A DNA stretch of 64,000 nucleotides from Octopus sinensis. Its lineage: Eukaryota. The translations under genes were made by a program, and so were the position numbers. Location of the stretch: assembly GCF_006345805.1 (NCBI RefSeq), contig NW_021833428.1:10304-74303 (forward strand). The letters are read 5' to 3'. Positions 1-12,809 of the stretch are shown here, piece after piece (position 1 is the first letter of the stretch; the number at the start of each line of letters is the position of its first letter). Below the pieces are notes generated by a model. It ran no database searches. It was not told where the DNA came from and saw only the letters and a list, made by a program, of their open reading frames with translations.

Positions 1-1096
1 GCCAAAAACACATGAAAAACTTCTCAGACCTTGGGAGTTAGATTAGAAACACAAACCGCTTTTTCTGCCCACTATGTTTTTTCCATTCATAACTAAAAAT
101 ATTATTTAATCAACAGTTTAAATGATATTAAATTAGATACTTACTAATAACAGTAATTTCTTGAGGAATTATATCTGAGCTCATTTATTTAAACAAGATG
201 TTCCTATTTCGTTAGGAATTAAACGTGAGCACAATAACACAGAACAATTAATTCAAAATTTATAATTTATTTAAAATTAATTTTATAGTTATTAAAATTT
301 AACAAAATAATTTATGATCGATGAATATTTCTATTTTCAATAATTTTAATTTACTAACACACTTCCTATTTTTTTGCCAAATATTCAAACAGAAATTGAT
401 CAATTTTTTTAAATTCTTGACATATTTGACTAAATACATTTTTTTTCTAATTAATATTACTACTTTCAAACAGATTTGTTGACAATTATTTCAAGTTTGT
501 TGACAATTATTTATTTTGTTAGTATATAAACTTTTAAAAATCAATTAGTAAGTTCATTTATTCCTAAACTTATGAATACAATTTTGTAAATAACAAAATT
601 TGTATTTAGACTATCAGATCAGACTAAAATTAACAGGTGTATTATTGTTCTTAATTTTTGTATTTCGAATATAAAAACCACTAACTTAGATCTTAAAATG
701 AGTCATGACGTCAACAGATTTCCAAAAACTAGAATAAAGTCAAAATTCAATATAGCCTTTTCCATAGAGGCATACTATTTTATAGCTCCGCACAAGCAGG
801 ACACACACTTTATTTTAAATAAAGAATTTATTTTTAGCTAATCGTAGGTAGGACCGTGGAATGATCTTTACTGGTTTATTTATTTTTTTCCAGGATAGAC
901 AATCCAGTTCCGCAATGAATCTTCACTGATGACGACGTCACTGGTCAAGCAAAAAATGCAGTCTGTGTTATGTAAATTTAGTCCATATTGCAAAAACTAG
1001 AATAGTATATGAAATTTACGGTAACATTTTTCAAGTGATTTAATTACGAAATTAATAAATGATTATTTATTACTGATTTTACGTTTTCAATTAGTT

Positions 1097-2286
1097 ATGG
1101 ACTTACTTGAAGTTCTCAAAAATACTTTTAGAACTAAAAGGCAAGATGATTTCATCGACCGACTTAATCACTCATTCACTACTTATTTGATTCTCTTCTT
1201 TGTTACGATTATTACTAATCAAAAAATGAAGGGAGAAATATTTTGCATGTGCCCAAGGCATCTAGAAAGTATTTTTTATTAATAATATTAATTTAGGTAG
1301 TTTCCACGGATATATTTTAGATGTTTGCTTGATATCTAAAAAATATAAAGTTCCTATTAATCAGAGCATCCATGAATCAGAAATGTATTTGATTGAAAAA
1401 AATAATTATTACAACTGGGTCATCTGGATTTTAATTGCATGTGCAATTTGTTACCAACTTCCTTGGTTCTTCTGGACTGTTATGCAAAAAGCAGGAAAAT
1501 TAGTTTTAGCAGTCTTCTAGAAATTCCATTTAAGTTTGAAAAAGTAAATAATTTTCGAGACAACCAATTTTGTTTAAATTTTGCAACTAAACATTTTGAA
1601 CTAATATTAAATACTCGCAATTTATGCAAAAATTAGAAAATCGTGAAACAAAAATATTTGAAATTTTTACAGATAATTCCAATGGATATTATTTATCACA
1701 TGTCTATGTTGCAACAAAATTTCTCTACATATTTAATTTAGTACTTCAAATTTATTTGACCGACATTTTATTTTCGAATGGCAAAATTACATTTTATGGG
1801 ATGAATATTTTTAAAAGTTTTATTCAAAACAAGCATACGGATTATTCTGCATATTTCCCACATATTGTTTTTTGTGATTTTTATATTAGAGAACTTGGCA
1901 GTAAAATGGTCGATAGTAAATTTCAAGTTCAGTGCACACTGCCAATAAACATTTATAATGAGATAATATTCTCACTTTATTGGTTTTGGATGGTTCTAAT
2001 GCTTATTTTAAATTCTGTAAATTTAACCTTTTGGTGCTGGAATTTATTTAATAAAAAATCAATGGTTAACTACATTAAAAAATATATTAAAATACAAGAA
2101 AATAATTTTAGTCATAGTGACGAATCGATTCGGAAATTCACTATCAATTATTTAAAATCAGAAGGAATTCTTGTTCTAAGACTAATATCCCACAATTATA
2201 ACTGTGTGATCACTGGAGAGCTAATAAATGAATTATTTGACAACTACAAAATTAAATATAATATTAATAATTTTAATATAATTTAA
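1097..2286 (+). CDS. inx: Innexin (gap-junction protein); one 28-nt intron (1269-1296) and two apparent frameshifts
   Basis: DDFIDRLNH..TT, C-x-C-P, YYNWV..L..A..QLPWFFW, YFPHIVFCDF, QCTLPINIYNEIIFSLYWFW are innexin motifs. The GT..AG intron restores HLESSFHGYILDVC. Frame switches near 1495 and 1628 lie in A-runs. Confidence 0.9.
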
Positions 2287-2429
2287 TTATTTTTTAATAA
2301 AATTTGCCCTTAAATTTTCAATAATAGAAATTCTTAAATGAAAAACTTAAATTTTAATTGTTTTACAAGATATTTTGGGACATAATCCATCTGAAATTTT
2401 ATAAGTAGTGTGACCATTTTTATGTTCTT

Positions 2430-5291
2430 AGAATTTACCTTTGAGTAATGATACGATTCGTCGCCAAATTGACGAAATGGCTGAAAGCGTCGAAGATTCC
2501 TTGAAAAATATACTTAGAAAAACTGTTTTTTCCTTGCAGATTGACGAATGTCTGGTATGTGATAATAAATCTATATTAATGACCTATGTTAGGTAGGTAT
2601 TTTAAATAATATTTTGTTTAGATTTTTTGACAAACAAGTAGTTTTTTGTAAAGAGATTTTGTTTATCAGACCTTTGATAACAGATTCTAACCGAGAGTCA
2701 ATTTTTAATGTATTGAAAACGTATTTTGAGGAAAAACGAATTCCATTTTCCAATTTAATCACATGTGCTACAGACGGGGCAATGGCCATAGATGGGAAGT
2801 ACAAAGGATTTGCGTCTTTTTTGAAACAGAAATGTCCGAATTTAATTCATATTCATTGCGTATTACACCGCCTAAAAACGATCAATCGAATTAAAACAAG
2901 TCCAAAATCTGATAGGATCTTTAGGAAATTTTGTATAGATAGGAATGAAGATTATTTAAGACTCTTTCATCATACTGAAGTTTATTTTTGTTTTTTAGGT
3001 TCGCTGGTTGTCCAAAGGCACTGCTTTACAAAGATTTGTAGACCTTCTACTAGATATTTTGGAATTTCTTGAATCGGAAAATGAAGAGGAATTAGAAAGA
3101 TTGATTTTAGAAAATGAGAAATATATCTACAGTGCCTGACAAAAAAAATTGGATTTGTAAAAAATCGACTTTGTTTAAAAATAAATTATAATTTAATTTT
3201 CTTACAGCATTCTTAGTAAAATTAGAATTATTTTTTAATTTTTAAAATTATTTTTGGCTTTTAGAATTTAATTTTAAAGCAGAATTTAAAATTTGCTGGA
3301 CAAAAAAAATTGGATTTTTTTGTTTTTGAGCTGATCTCGTATAAATGAAGCGTAAATCAAAAATCCATTTATCTGATTTTACAAAAGGAGTAATAATTGG
3401 ACATTACTCTTCAGGAAAAACAATTGAAGAAATATCTAAAATACTGAAAATTCTCAGATCGACCGTGGGATTTGTGACAAGAAAATTTTCCAAAGAAAGC
3501 ACCACAACGCGAAAAATTGGATCTAAACGTTTACCGAAATTCTCTTCAGATCAAAAAAACACAATACAATTAATCTCAAGAGATGAACCCTCAATTTCTG
3601 CTGCGTCTCTTTCTGAGATAACAAAAACTCAATTTAATGTGGAGGTATTTTCCAGAACAATTGGTCGTATACTAAATTCATTTGTATTACATGCCCGAGT
3701 TGCAAAACTCAAACCTCTTTTAACATCAAAAAACATCGAATCCAGATGGTTAATTGCAAAAAAGTTTTTAGCCATATCTGACGAAGAATGGAAGAAAGTC
3801 ATGTTCTTCAATGAGTCATGTTTTGAGGTCTATATCAGCAAAATAAGGATCTATAACAGCAAAAAAACGGTACTGTCTATGAAAAGTCCAATATCGTATC
3901 TACTGTTGAGTATGGTGGAGGAAAGTTAATGGTTTAAAGATGTTTCTCATATGAAGGCGTCGGTAATCTTGTTATTATAAATGAAAAAATGAACAGTGCT
4001 TATTATTTAAACATTTTGTCAAATAATCTGGAGCAATCAACTTTAAAAATGAGGTTAAACTCATGTGTTTTTTAACAAGATAATGCTCCATGCCACAGTT
4101 CTCGAAAAGTTAAAGAATTTATATGCGATAGAAAATATAAAATTCTTGATTGGCCGTCTCAATCACCTGACCTTGATCTAATTAAGCATGTTTGGGCAAT
4201 GATGAAGAGCAAATTATTGCAAAAAACGCCGAAAAACTTGAAAGATTTGGAGACAAAATTAGTTGTGATATAGGAGTCAATTCTGAAAAAAATACCTAGA
4301 AAATTTAGTTATATCAATGAAAAAAAGAATTTTGGAAGTTTATGAAGCACGTGGAGGGATATCAACTTATTAAATTTTAATTTGTTTAATTAAAATAAAA
4401 AAATCCAATTTTTTTTGTCCGTCAAATTTTAAATTCTGCTTTAAAATTAAATTCTAAAAGCCAAAAATAATTTTAAAAATTATAAAAATAATTCTAATTT
4501 TGCCAAGAATGATGTAAGAAAATTAAATTATAATTTATTTTTAAAAAAAGTCAATTTATTAGAAATCCAATTTTTTTGTCATATTCATTAATAAATAAAC
4601 CATATTCATTCATTCATTCAATTTTTTTGTCAGGCACTGTATTATTTAAATTGGATTTTACTAAATTTAATGAAATTTCCTTTAAAATGCAGGGAAATTT
4701 TGTCAGAGTTACAATAATTACATTTTGTGAAAGTTAAAGAATTATAGACATAACTTTGAATCAGGAAAATACGATTGTCTATATCCAGTATGTAAAGCAT
4801 TTAATGAATTTGATATTGAAATTGTTGTTAACTATCTAATTAATTTGGAAAAGGAAATGACAATCAGATTTGAGGACGTTATTAATATGGAAATATCAAG
4901 ATGGATGATAAATCCTTGTTTGACTAGCACTGTAGAGATGCAAATGGATTTGAAGATGAATTTATTGGTATTTTTATCATTATTATTATTTATAGAAATT
5001 AAATATAATTATTCTTACATGATTTTGTTTGAAAACCAGGATTCGTCTACCTTTTGGCAAAAAAAGGAATTTCAAGAAAAATATCCAAAGATTTGGGAAC
5101 AAATAATTAAAATTTTATGTTTTCCAACGACATATCTTGTGGAATCAGGATTCAGCGTAGTAAACAGGATATTGAGCGATGAACATAAAGCTCGATATCT
5201 GCTCGCGAGGAGATGTCAGATTATTTTTACACGCTTGGACCCTGATATTCAGAAACTAATTAAAATGCATGAAAGCCAAGGCTCTCATTAA
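2430..5291 (+). mobile_element. hAT (Buster/SCAND3-like) transposase remnant with mini-introns, interrupted by a Tc1 element
   Basis: FSLQIDE, TDGAMA, HCVLHR, spliced HTE|VRWLSKG, FPTTYLVESGFS and C-terminal ..ESQGSH*. Coding resumes after the Tc1 at 4642. Confidence 0.8.
3130..4639 (+). mobile_element. Tc1-family DNA transposon with ~190-bp IR/DR-type TIRs; defective transposase (3345-~4372)
   Basis: TA|CAGTGCCTGACAAAAAAAATTG ... CAATTTTTTTGTCAGGCACTG|TA. Paired-like HTH, KPLL, WKKVMF, QDNAPCH, WPSQSPDL; stops and frameshifts present. Confidence 0.92.
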
Positions 5292-5369
5292 ATAGTTAGA
5301 AAAATATTTCAAGTCTCTAAATTTAATTAAAAGAAATAAATAAGTCTTTGTTTTTTTTGGTACACGAAA

Positions 5370-5745
5370 TAACTTGGTTTGGTACATTGACTTTTCTTTT
5401 TGGGACACCAAAAAAAGGTTGAGAATCACTGTTTTTGAGCATAGAACATGGTCTTTGAAAATTTTCAGGATTATTTCCAACTCCAATTTCCTGAGATGGC
5501 CAATAAATGCTACAATTCCGTTTCTTTCTGATTTGACCAATTTCTTGAAATGGACTGAAATTAATTCTGCTGTTTTTGCAGAATCTGCGATTCGTCTTCC
5601 ATTTTCTTCATTTATGAATAAAGGTTGTCAGTGTTTACGTCCTCGTAGTACTCTGATCGCTTCATAGTACTGGCTATTGTCCTTCAAAGCTTTCATTCCC
5701 TGGATCTGTATCTAATTTTCGCTGAGCATCGCCATCACCATCTAT
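5370..5745 (-). mobile_element. Degraded RTE-like LINE fragment (linker region before RT)
   Basis: Minus-strand YEAIRVLRGR..LFINEENGRRIADSAKTAELISVHF resembles the equivalent segment of the element at 38330-39960. Confidence 0.35.
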
Positions 5746-5807
5746 GGCTCCAAACAATAAACTAGGAAAACGTAAAAAAAATAATTGTAAATTTAAAGTA
5801 ATTGAAA

Positions 5808-6437
5808 TTAAAAAAATGAACAAGATGATTTATCAAGAAGTGACTTTCTCCACGAATTAACAATTTCCACCACATGTATAGCACCCAAAACAGAACATTG
5901 AACCAACTGAGAATGAGCTATCTGAAAGGGGGAATCAAAACACAAAATAGACTGTTTAACACTTTCAAAAACAACAACGACAATTTTATCATCGTTTGGG
6001 GCAGACAAAGTTACTTCTTGTCCATAGACTGAAAAACAGAGAGCAACAATTATATATTTCATCGGAATACATGCCAAGACCAGAGCACTAGATATTGCAT
6101 TTATGGCACACGCCAATTGGAAATTTCCACCATTTATTTCTTGAACAAAAATCTCAATACTGCAGCATGGAAATAGATCAGATTGTATAACTTGAATAAA
6201 TAAGGATTTCAAGTATTTTTCTAACGTTGAATTATTTTTACAGTTTTTTAGTGAATTATAGTGAAAAATGATGTTTGCCTTTCCGGGCTGTTCGGAAGGA
6301 GCATTTGTTTCATGAGGACCATAGACAGAGCAGGAAATTATAGATGATGCGTATAAAAATTGAATAGATCCAGAACTTGAGTTGTTAGAAATAAATTCAA
6401 GGCAAAAAGGGGAATCATCCACATTGAACTGAATCAT
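5808..6437 (-). CDS. EXOSC5: Exosome complex component RRP46 (RNase PH-like), apparently intronless
   Basis: 209-aa ORF with GS..F, SCSVYGPHE, LFPCCSIEIFVQEI, LACAINAISSALVLACIPM. Confidence 0.8.
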   Translation of the reverse strand: MIQFNVDDSPFCLEFISNNSSSGSIQFLYASSIISCSVYGPHETNAPSEQPGKANIIFHYNSLKNCKNNSTLEKYLKSLFIQVIQSDLFPCCSIEIFVQEINGGNFQLACAINAISSALVLACIPMKYIIVALCFSVYGQEVTLSAPNDDKIVVVVFESVKQSILCFDSPFQIAHSQLVQCSVLGAIHVVEIVNSWRKSLLDKSSCSFF

Positions 6438-6455
6438 AAGCCACGATAGTTTATT

Positions 6456-7257
6456 TATTTATTTTATTTATTTTAACCCAAGAATCACCAACAGTTAATT
6501 AGGGTAATTAATTAGGTGATTCCAACAATCCTCAAAATCTTTCTCAGCTTTTCCCGATGCTGGACTCTGGACCCAACGCAAGTGTGGGACGGGCGGGGAG
6601 CAGTTTTTGTGAGGAATTGAATCGGGGTGATGTGCTTCTGGTTGTTAAAGTCTTTTGGCAGGTGGTCTTGTTGAAAGGCTAAGAAACCCTTTCCATCTTT
6701 CTTAATAAGTTGGTCAAGCGGAGTTGGGGTAATGTCGTTCAATTTGGAAATTTTCGTTATGCTAGCCGCGGCTCGGCATAGTGTAGTCTCAATTTTAAGG
6801 CGGTTAGACCATGAGAGATTAGAACCCCAAGCGGCGCAGGCATAGCCAATTGTTGGTTCGATGAATTGTTTGTAGAGAGTGCCGAGAGCCGGGAACGGTG
6901 TCTTTAGTCCACCAAAAATCGATTTGATTAGTCCAATCTTTCTCTGACTGGATCCGATGGCCTTCTCTAAATGGGCAGTAAAACACATGTGGGTGTCAAA
7001 AGTGACCCCCAGAATTTTAGGGTTCTTCGTGAATGGGATCTTTTCGTTGTCCAGAAAAAGATCAATAGTAAGGCTTCCAAGTCTCTTGTCCGACGTAAAT
7101 AGGGTAGTGGACGATTTTTTGTGGGAGATGTTCATCCTGTTTTGATATAGCCAAGTTCGAATTTGTAATAAGAGATCTTGTGTTTTTTTGGAAGCTTTCG
7201 AGAGGTCTTGGTCACGTGATCCAATGAGTAGGTCGTCAGCGTAGGCGAGAATGATTG
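6456..7257 (-). mobile_element. 5'-truncated non-LTR retrotransposon (RT C-terminus, '...GIT*' family) with A-rich tail
   Basis: ILAYADDLLI, KILGVTFD, LYKQFIEPTIGY; tail AATAATAAAATAAAA; candidate TSD AGTTTATT at ~6448 and ~7258. Confidence 0.8.
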
Positions 7258-8539
7258 AGTTTATTGTATTAATACATATAGAACAAAGAATTAATAAATA
7301 TATTTTTAATTTATTTTTATTATTACTATTAGAAACGCATTATCAATCATACTAATGTTTAAATCCATTCCATGTTAAATAGCCTATTAAAGTTTTTACA
7401 CATTCCATAATATTTCTCTTTAAATTCTAAAAAAAAACTTTGCCTTCCTCTAATGGCGTCCCCTAATGTTTTTCTAATTTTTATTAGCATTTAGTAACAG
7501 TCGGAATATAGTAGTTAGTGTTCTAACTCATAAGAAGAATCACTTTCATCCATCCTTTGAGCAATCCTCCTTTTAAAACATTTTACGTAATCAATTTGGT
7601 TCCTAAAGAATGCCAGTTGCAGAGTTTATACTGCCCCCGAAGTAACACAAGGGAAGAACGTGAAACAAAAGAATGTTGGAAAGTTTAATTGCTTCTGTAA
7701 TTATGTTTTTAAAGCATTAATTGAATCATGAAGTTCACGTATGATTTTAGAAATAAAATTAGAAATAAAACTAAGATCAATCCTGATAGCCATTAATTAT
7801 TTTTTTCATTTTGATGCTTTTATAGGATCATTTTTTGGTCGAAAACCAAACCGCTAGTGGTTAAATGCTAAAGTTTTTAAATAATGCTAACTACTGGATT
7901 CTCCACTAATTTTGCGTCTCCATTCTCTGATTTCATTAATACTTCATCAGTGAGGAGATTAATCTGAGTTGATACTATATCTTTTCGCTAAGATCCACAT
8001 ACATAATTCTAATTTGTTTGAGGGCATTGCATTCGAGTATTGTTAGTTTAAAATCTAGATGGATGCATCTTAATTCTTAGACTTTCGGGTTTTTGCAAAT
8101 AAAAGTATCTTGGATTACTTTGATGATGATTTATATTTCTGCTCTATCATAACTTTTTGGCTTTTTGATTGCTCCTGATGATTGGAAAGCAGACAAAGTT
8201 TCTGAACAGTTTTTTAAATTCTTTATTTTTGTGCTTCTGTTCGTGTATTCGGTACATGTAACAAAAAATCTACAAAATATACATCTTTTGTTTCTTCAAA
8301 TTTTTTAAATATCTTTTAAAACCACGTCTTTCTTTTCTCTAAAAACGGTATTAAATCATTATATCTGCGACTCTCAAACAAAATAACTGCCGATGTCTTT
8401 TAACGACACTTGATTGAATATTATCTCATATGACACTTAGATACAGTAAATACCCATTCTAGTACTTGATAATCAGTCTATCTCATTTCATCACAATGAC
8501 GTACGCTTTGGACTGTTTCATTAATCATAGCTCTTCTCT

Positions 8540-9720
8540 GCACAGTTTGTAATCTATACTTTAATGTGATGTCTATTTTCCCGGTGAACTTAACATGCTT
8601 TACTCCTTCAGAAGCGCACCATACTTTCTGTATAAAAACATCTTCACTGATTTTGGAAACTCCCTTCGCTCGAAGATTGAATCTATATGCAATGTCGAAT
8701 TTGATTCTTTGGGTTGAAGCCAAGCATCACTCCTTATACGCCACGGAGGCCTAGGACTTCGGTCCCCGAATAATGTTGCACTGCCTGCGTACCTTTTGTC
8801 ATTTTCTTCATAGCAGAAACTCATGAGCACGGTTTTCTCAACTGACTTCAAATATTACGAGCCTCCTGAGTTATCATCGGCGGATCTGAAGTGGCACTCG
8901 CTTGGTCTTGAAACTCCGAACCTTCCGCAAAAGCAATTTGTTTGGGACGAAATTCGCTTTCAACCGCGTATTAAGTCATTCCGCGCATCCCTCGATCAAC
9001 ATCGTTTGACCTTCTTTGAGACGGGATGTCGTTCCCACAGCAGTTCCTGATTAAAGCCACTCCACTGTCAATTATTGGTAACCTTCTGGACAAGGAGTCC
9101 GTTAGGACAGGGGTTTGTTTACGCCTTGGTCTTCGCCTATGTGAGCCACATGTCTGCCGCTGTGGTGCGAAAATCTGTCGCTTTGGTCTGCACGCGCTAT
9201 CGTGTAGACGTAGCGCTGGCCGTATCCCGCGGCACGCTGCGCTAAATGATCTCATCATGAGAGCCTTAGAAGTTGCCTGAATCCGTTCCATACTCGAACC
9301 CACTGGGGTCGATCTAGAGGACGGGAAGAGACAGGACGGGATAACTGTGTTTCCCTTCAACAGAGGGAAGCCACTTACCTTGGACGCCACGTGTATGGAC
9401 TCATTCTCGCCCGAGAATCTGCTGATGTCCGCATCCGCCCCTGGATCAATCGCCACTAATGTCGAATGTAAAAAGATGCGAAAGTACTCTTCACTTGTGA
9501 AGAAGTACCAATTCCTTCCCATTCGCAGTTGAGACGTCTGGTTCTTTGGGCGGAACGGCAATCAGCTTCGTTCAGGAGATCGGGTCTCGGATGTCGACAG
9601 TCACATGCGACGCCCGCGAATCGAGATGGTTTTTTGAGCGGATATCCCTCGCGATAGTACACTCGAACTCTTTCTAGATCGTGTCAGCCTCTCGCCCAGT
9701 AAAGCATCACCTCTTTAATT
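8540..9720 (+). mobile_element. CRE-like RLE retrotransposon, 3' half, degraded
   Basis: RHGGLGLRS, C-RCG..HALSC..RH zinc knuckle, DGKRQDG, DATC.D, final 'RISLAIV..N'. Confidence 0.85.
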
Positions 9721-10019
9721 CATTAATATAATTGGAATGGAATGTCGTTTATTGATTAAAAAAGAAACCGAACTTTATCTACCATCTACTAACAGCCTCT
9801 TTTTAAATAAATATTTTTCTTCTTTGTTGAGGGGTTTATAGTATCTATGAACTATAAAAAGACTATCCGGCAGTAAAATATATATTATATGTTCCTCACA
9901 TCTACACATAGACGCACAATGCAGTGGTTAAGTACTTAAATACATTGTTGGGCAACTACTATAGATTAAGGTGGTCAAAATTTATCAAGTTCAGAAATAT
10001 CTAAAAACTTAAAAGAATT

Positions 10020-10860
10020 CCGTAGCTCGTGGAGTTCGAGAGAGGGAAATAGAACTAAGAAAACAAAATTTCTAGAAGCCAGGTGGAAAAAAGATCACAA
10101 GATTGGGTCGGTACAAGAGCGAACCTAATCCTCCGAAACGTGTAAATAGGCTGGCACGGGTCAAACCGTCATCAGTGAAACTCAAATCAAGATGGTATGT
10201 TAAAATTTCGTAGACAAGATTGTCGATTCTAAACAGGAAACTAGCGGAAACAAAACATACGGAAGAACTAAGTCAGTCTTGAACAAAAAATTCTACAGCA
10301 AGAAAAACGCCAAATGTGAGCCAACCCTACGGATCCGATCATAGGCAGCTTAATTTTCTTCATATTCAGACGATAGGGCTTTTACTAAAGCATGGTTGGA
10401 AATTGGCGAGCCCAATATAACTAGATCGGTGATAAGCCTTAACTCATCAATCAGGCAGAGAGAGGAAGATGTGTGGGAGAGAGCGGCAGGGGCAAGCGAA
10501 ATATTGACGAGTTCCATTTGCCGTCGTTTAAAGATAGATCGATCTTGGAGAAGCCAGAAGTGATCTTGTTTACGTCCTTCATAACGACTCTGGGAGTCCA
10601 CCAATCGTCACGTCATCCAAGTACCAAAAGTTAATACTGGATGTAAAGTTCCGTGCAATATGGTCAACAGAGAGGGCAAGCAGCAATGGGCCCACTGGGT
10701 CACCTTACTGAATATCGAATTCAGACATGATAATATGGTCGTAAATCCAAAAAACAGCTTGGAGAAGAATACGCTAGTGCTACAATTGAAAAGAGCTCTG
10801 GTCATCAAATAGAGACAACTTCAAGCCATTTTTTCTTCGGTCCCGAAAATGGCGAGCACC
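10020..10860 (-). mobile_element. CRE-like RT fragment, strongly degraded
   Basis: GDPVGPLLLAL, NFWYLDDVTIGG, ILGSPI, RFGGLG on the minus strand. Confidence 0.7.
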
Positions 10861-10875
10861 AGAGGTTTTACTGTA

Positions 10876-11108
10876 TATTTTTTTATATACAAAAAACAAG
10901 AAAGAAATTAAAGATAGCTAAGTTAATTAAAGGCCTCACGAGACACCCGGCCAGCCTCGCGAATGGCGAAGCCGTTCCCTCGGATCACAGCAATCAACAG
11001 ACGTTCCAGGAGCCAAGAAAACTCTCTTGGATCGTGACTAGTCCTTGAAATCTGTCGACCGAGCGAGCGAAGGAAGCGGAGTGTCTTGGGGCCGAAGATC
11101 CCGGAGGA
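10876..11108 (-). mobile_element. Short 3'-end copy of CRE family A
   Basis: Nearly identical to 53870-54068 (..IRGNGFAIREAGRVSREAFN* plus 3'UTR and A-tail). Confidence 0.9.
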
Positions 11109-11214
11109 ATCAGCAGATTTTGGTTTAGTTCAAATAAACTTTAATTTTTGAAAAATAAATATAAAAAACTTTTTTCATTAAAAATCTCAAAAAGTATATT
11201 TTATAGTAAATTTT

Positions 11215-11752
11215 ATAGTAAAAAAAACAATTTTTAATAAAAGAAAATATAAGTTAATTAAGGTTGCTTAAGAGCAGAAAGGATAGCGTGGCTATTACCC
11301 CTGACAACGGTTGTTGAAAGGCGTTGAAACAGCCATTCGGTCTCCCTTCTATCTTTCGTCTGAACCGAGATCAGGGATCCAAGTTTCCTAATGAAAGAGA
11401 TTGATTCCGGACCGAAGACTCCAGATGACTCCACAATAATCGGTTGCACTATGAACCTGTCCTTGAGCTCTGAATATTTTAATTTTTTAATTTTTTCGTA
11501 GTTCTGTGAAGCATATCCTGGAGAGGAGGCTGAGGCGATCAGGTTTGTCTCTGAGAAGGTGTCGGTGCAGGCGCAGTCCCAAACAAGGCACTTCCCGTTG
11601 GTGTACGGGAAAATTGTTATCTCATCAGGCCTTTTTCCGTCTGTGCGGATGAGACCAGGAGGCTCCAGCTGTGCCGGGAAACCAGTTGCATGTAAAGCGT
11701 TCTTGACAATTAGGTTCATTGCATGATGTCTTGGAAACCGGCCTGCACTGCG
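11215..11752 (-). mobile_element. CRE-like 3' end (RLE domain), a different subfamily
   Basis: SAGRFPRH, LEPPGL..DGKRPD, WDCACTD, E..K..KY, QRLSTTVVRGN. Confidence 0.85.
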
Positions 11753-11775
11753 TCATTGAAAATATTAAATTTTCG

Positions 11776-12751
11776 TTATAGTAAAATATTAAATTTCATT
11801 GAAAAAATATTATCATAATCTTCTTGAGTAACATGAAAGACGTCATTAAGAATATGGATATCCATATTGATGAGAATTCCAATTACGGAGATCACCTGAT
11901 TGTAGAAACAGAGACTGCTGTATCTCCGGATATGGATGTGTTCTAAAAATTCATCAAATACTAAAGAATTGACATTTTCAAAGTACGTGTTCGCATCTAA
12001 ATATAAATGTAGTATTTTAACCATATTCGCTCATTATTATTCTGTAAATTTGATGATAGTCAGAGGAAATAAGTGACATTATATTTAAAAACTCGTAAAT
12101 AGCTTTGAGGCTGAGTATAAAATCTGGCGGGAATATGTGGAAATTTAAAAAAAATTTCGGGAAACAAATGATAGGAAATAAGTAGAAAGATTCGAGGAGA
12201 AGCAGAGCTGAAAATCTATGTGACAATATAATTTTTTTATCTTCGATTGGAATTTCAATGTCAGAAATCAGTCCATTCTTAATTCTATTTTTGAAAGAGC
12301 ATTTTATTTTTTTAACAATTTTGTTGTCAAACAATTTTGTTATCAATAATAAAGTATCGTTGTTTTGGTCACAATCCTAATGTCAGTGAAATAATGATAT
12401 TTACCATTTTTAGAAATTATTACAAATCGTAAGATATTTATTTTATGGTAAAATCTACGTATTTACCGACCTGCGCAATAATGACGTCATTTACACCGCA
12501 TATGATTACGCGTTTGATCTATAAAGTATACATAGTTTTTATCAAATCCGATTAACAATCTTGGAAAACAACAAAAAACCTGTAAATTCTGGATGTGCGC
12601 CACCAGAAATGATTCTGTTTGTTGAACTTTTGTCATAGTATGTATTTGGCTGACTCTTTAGATCACTTCGAAAATCATTTAATGAGTTTCCTTGTTGAAA
12701 ATAAAAACTATAAACAGCATAAAAAGTATCGTTATAGGATACAGATAACAT
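11776..12751 (-). CDS. Unidentified multi-exon gene or gene fragment
   Basis: Three consecutive minus-strand ORFs separated by short GT..AG-like gaps; no family recognised. Confidence 0.3.
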
Positions 12752-12809
12752 TGTCTTTTATAAAAAAAAATTTTAAAAATAAAACAATTAATGATTAATT
12801 TCTAACTAA

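Noticed and set aside
7320-8400. Possible Harbinger- or MULE-like transposase remnant on the minus strand
   Set aside because: Only vague motif echoes across many stops; no TIRs or catalytic motifs I can support.
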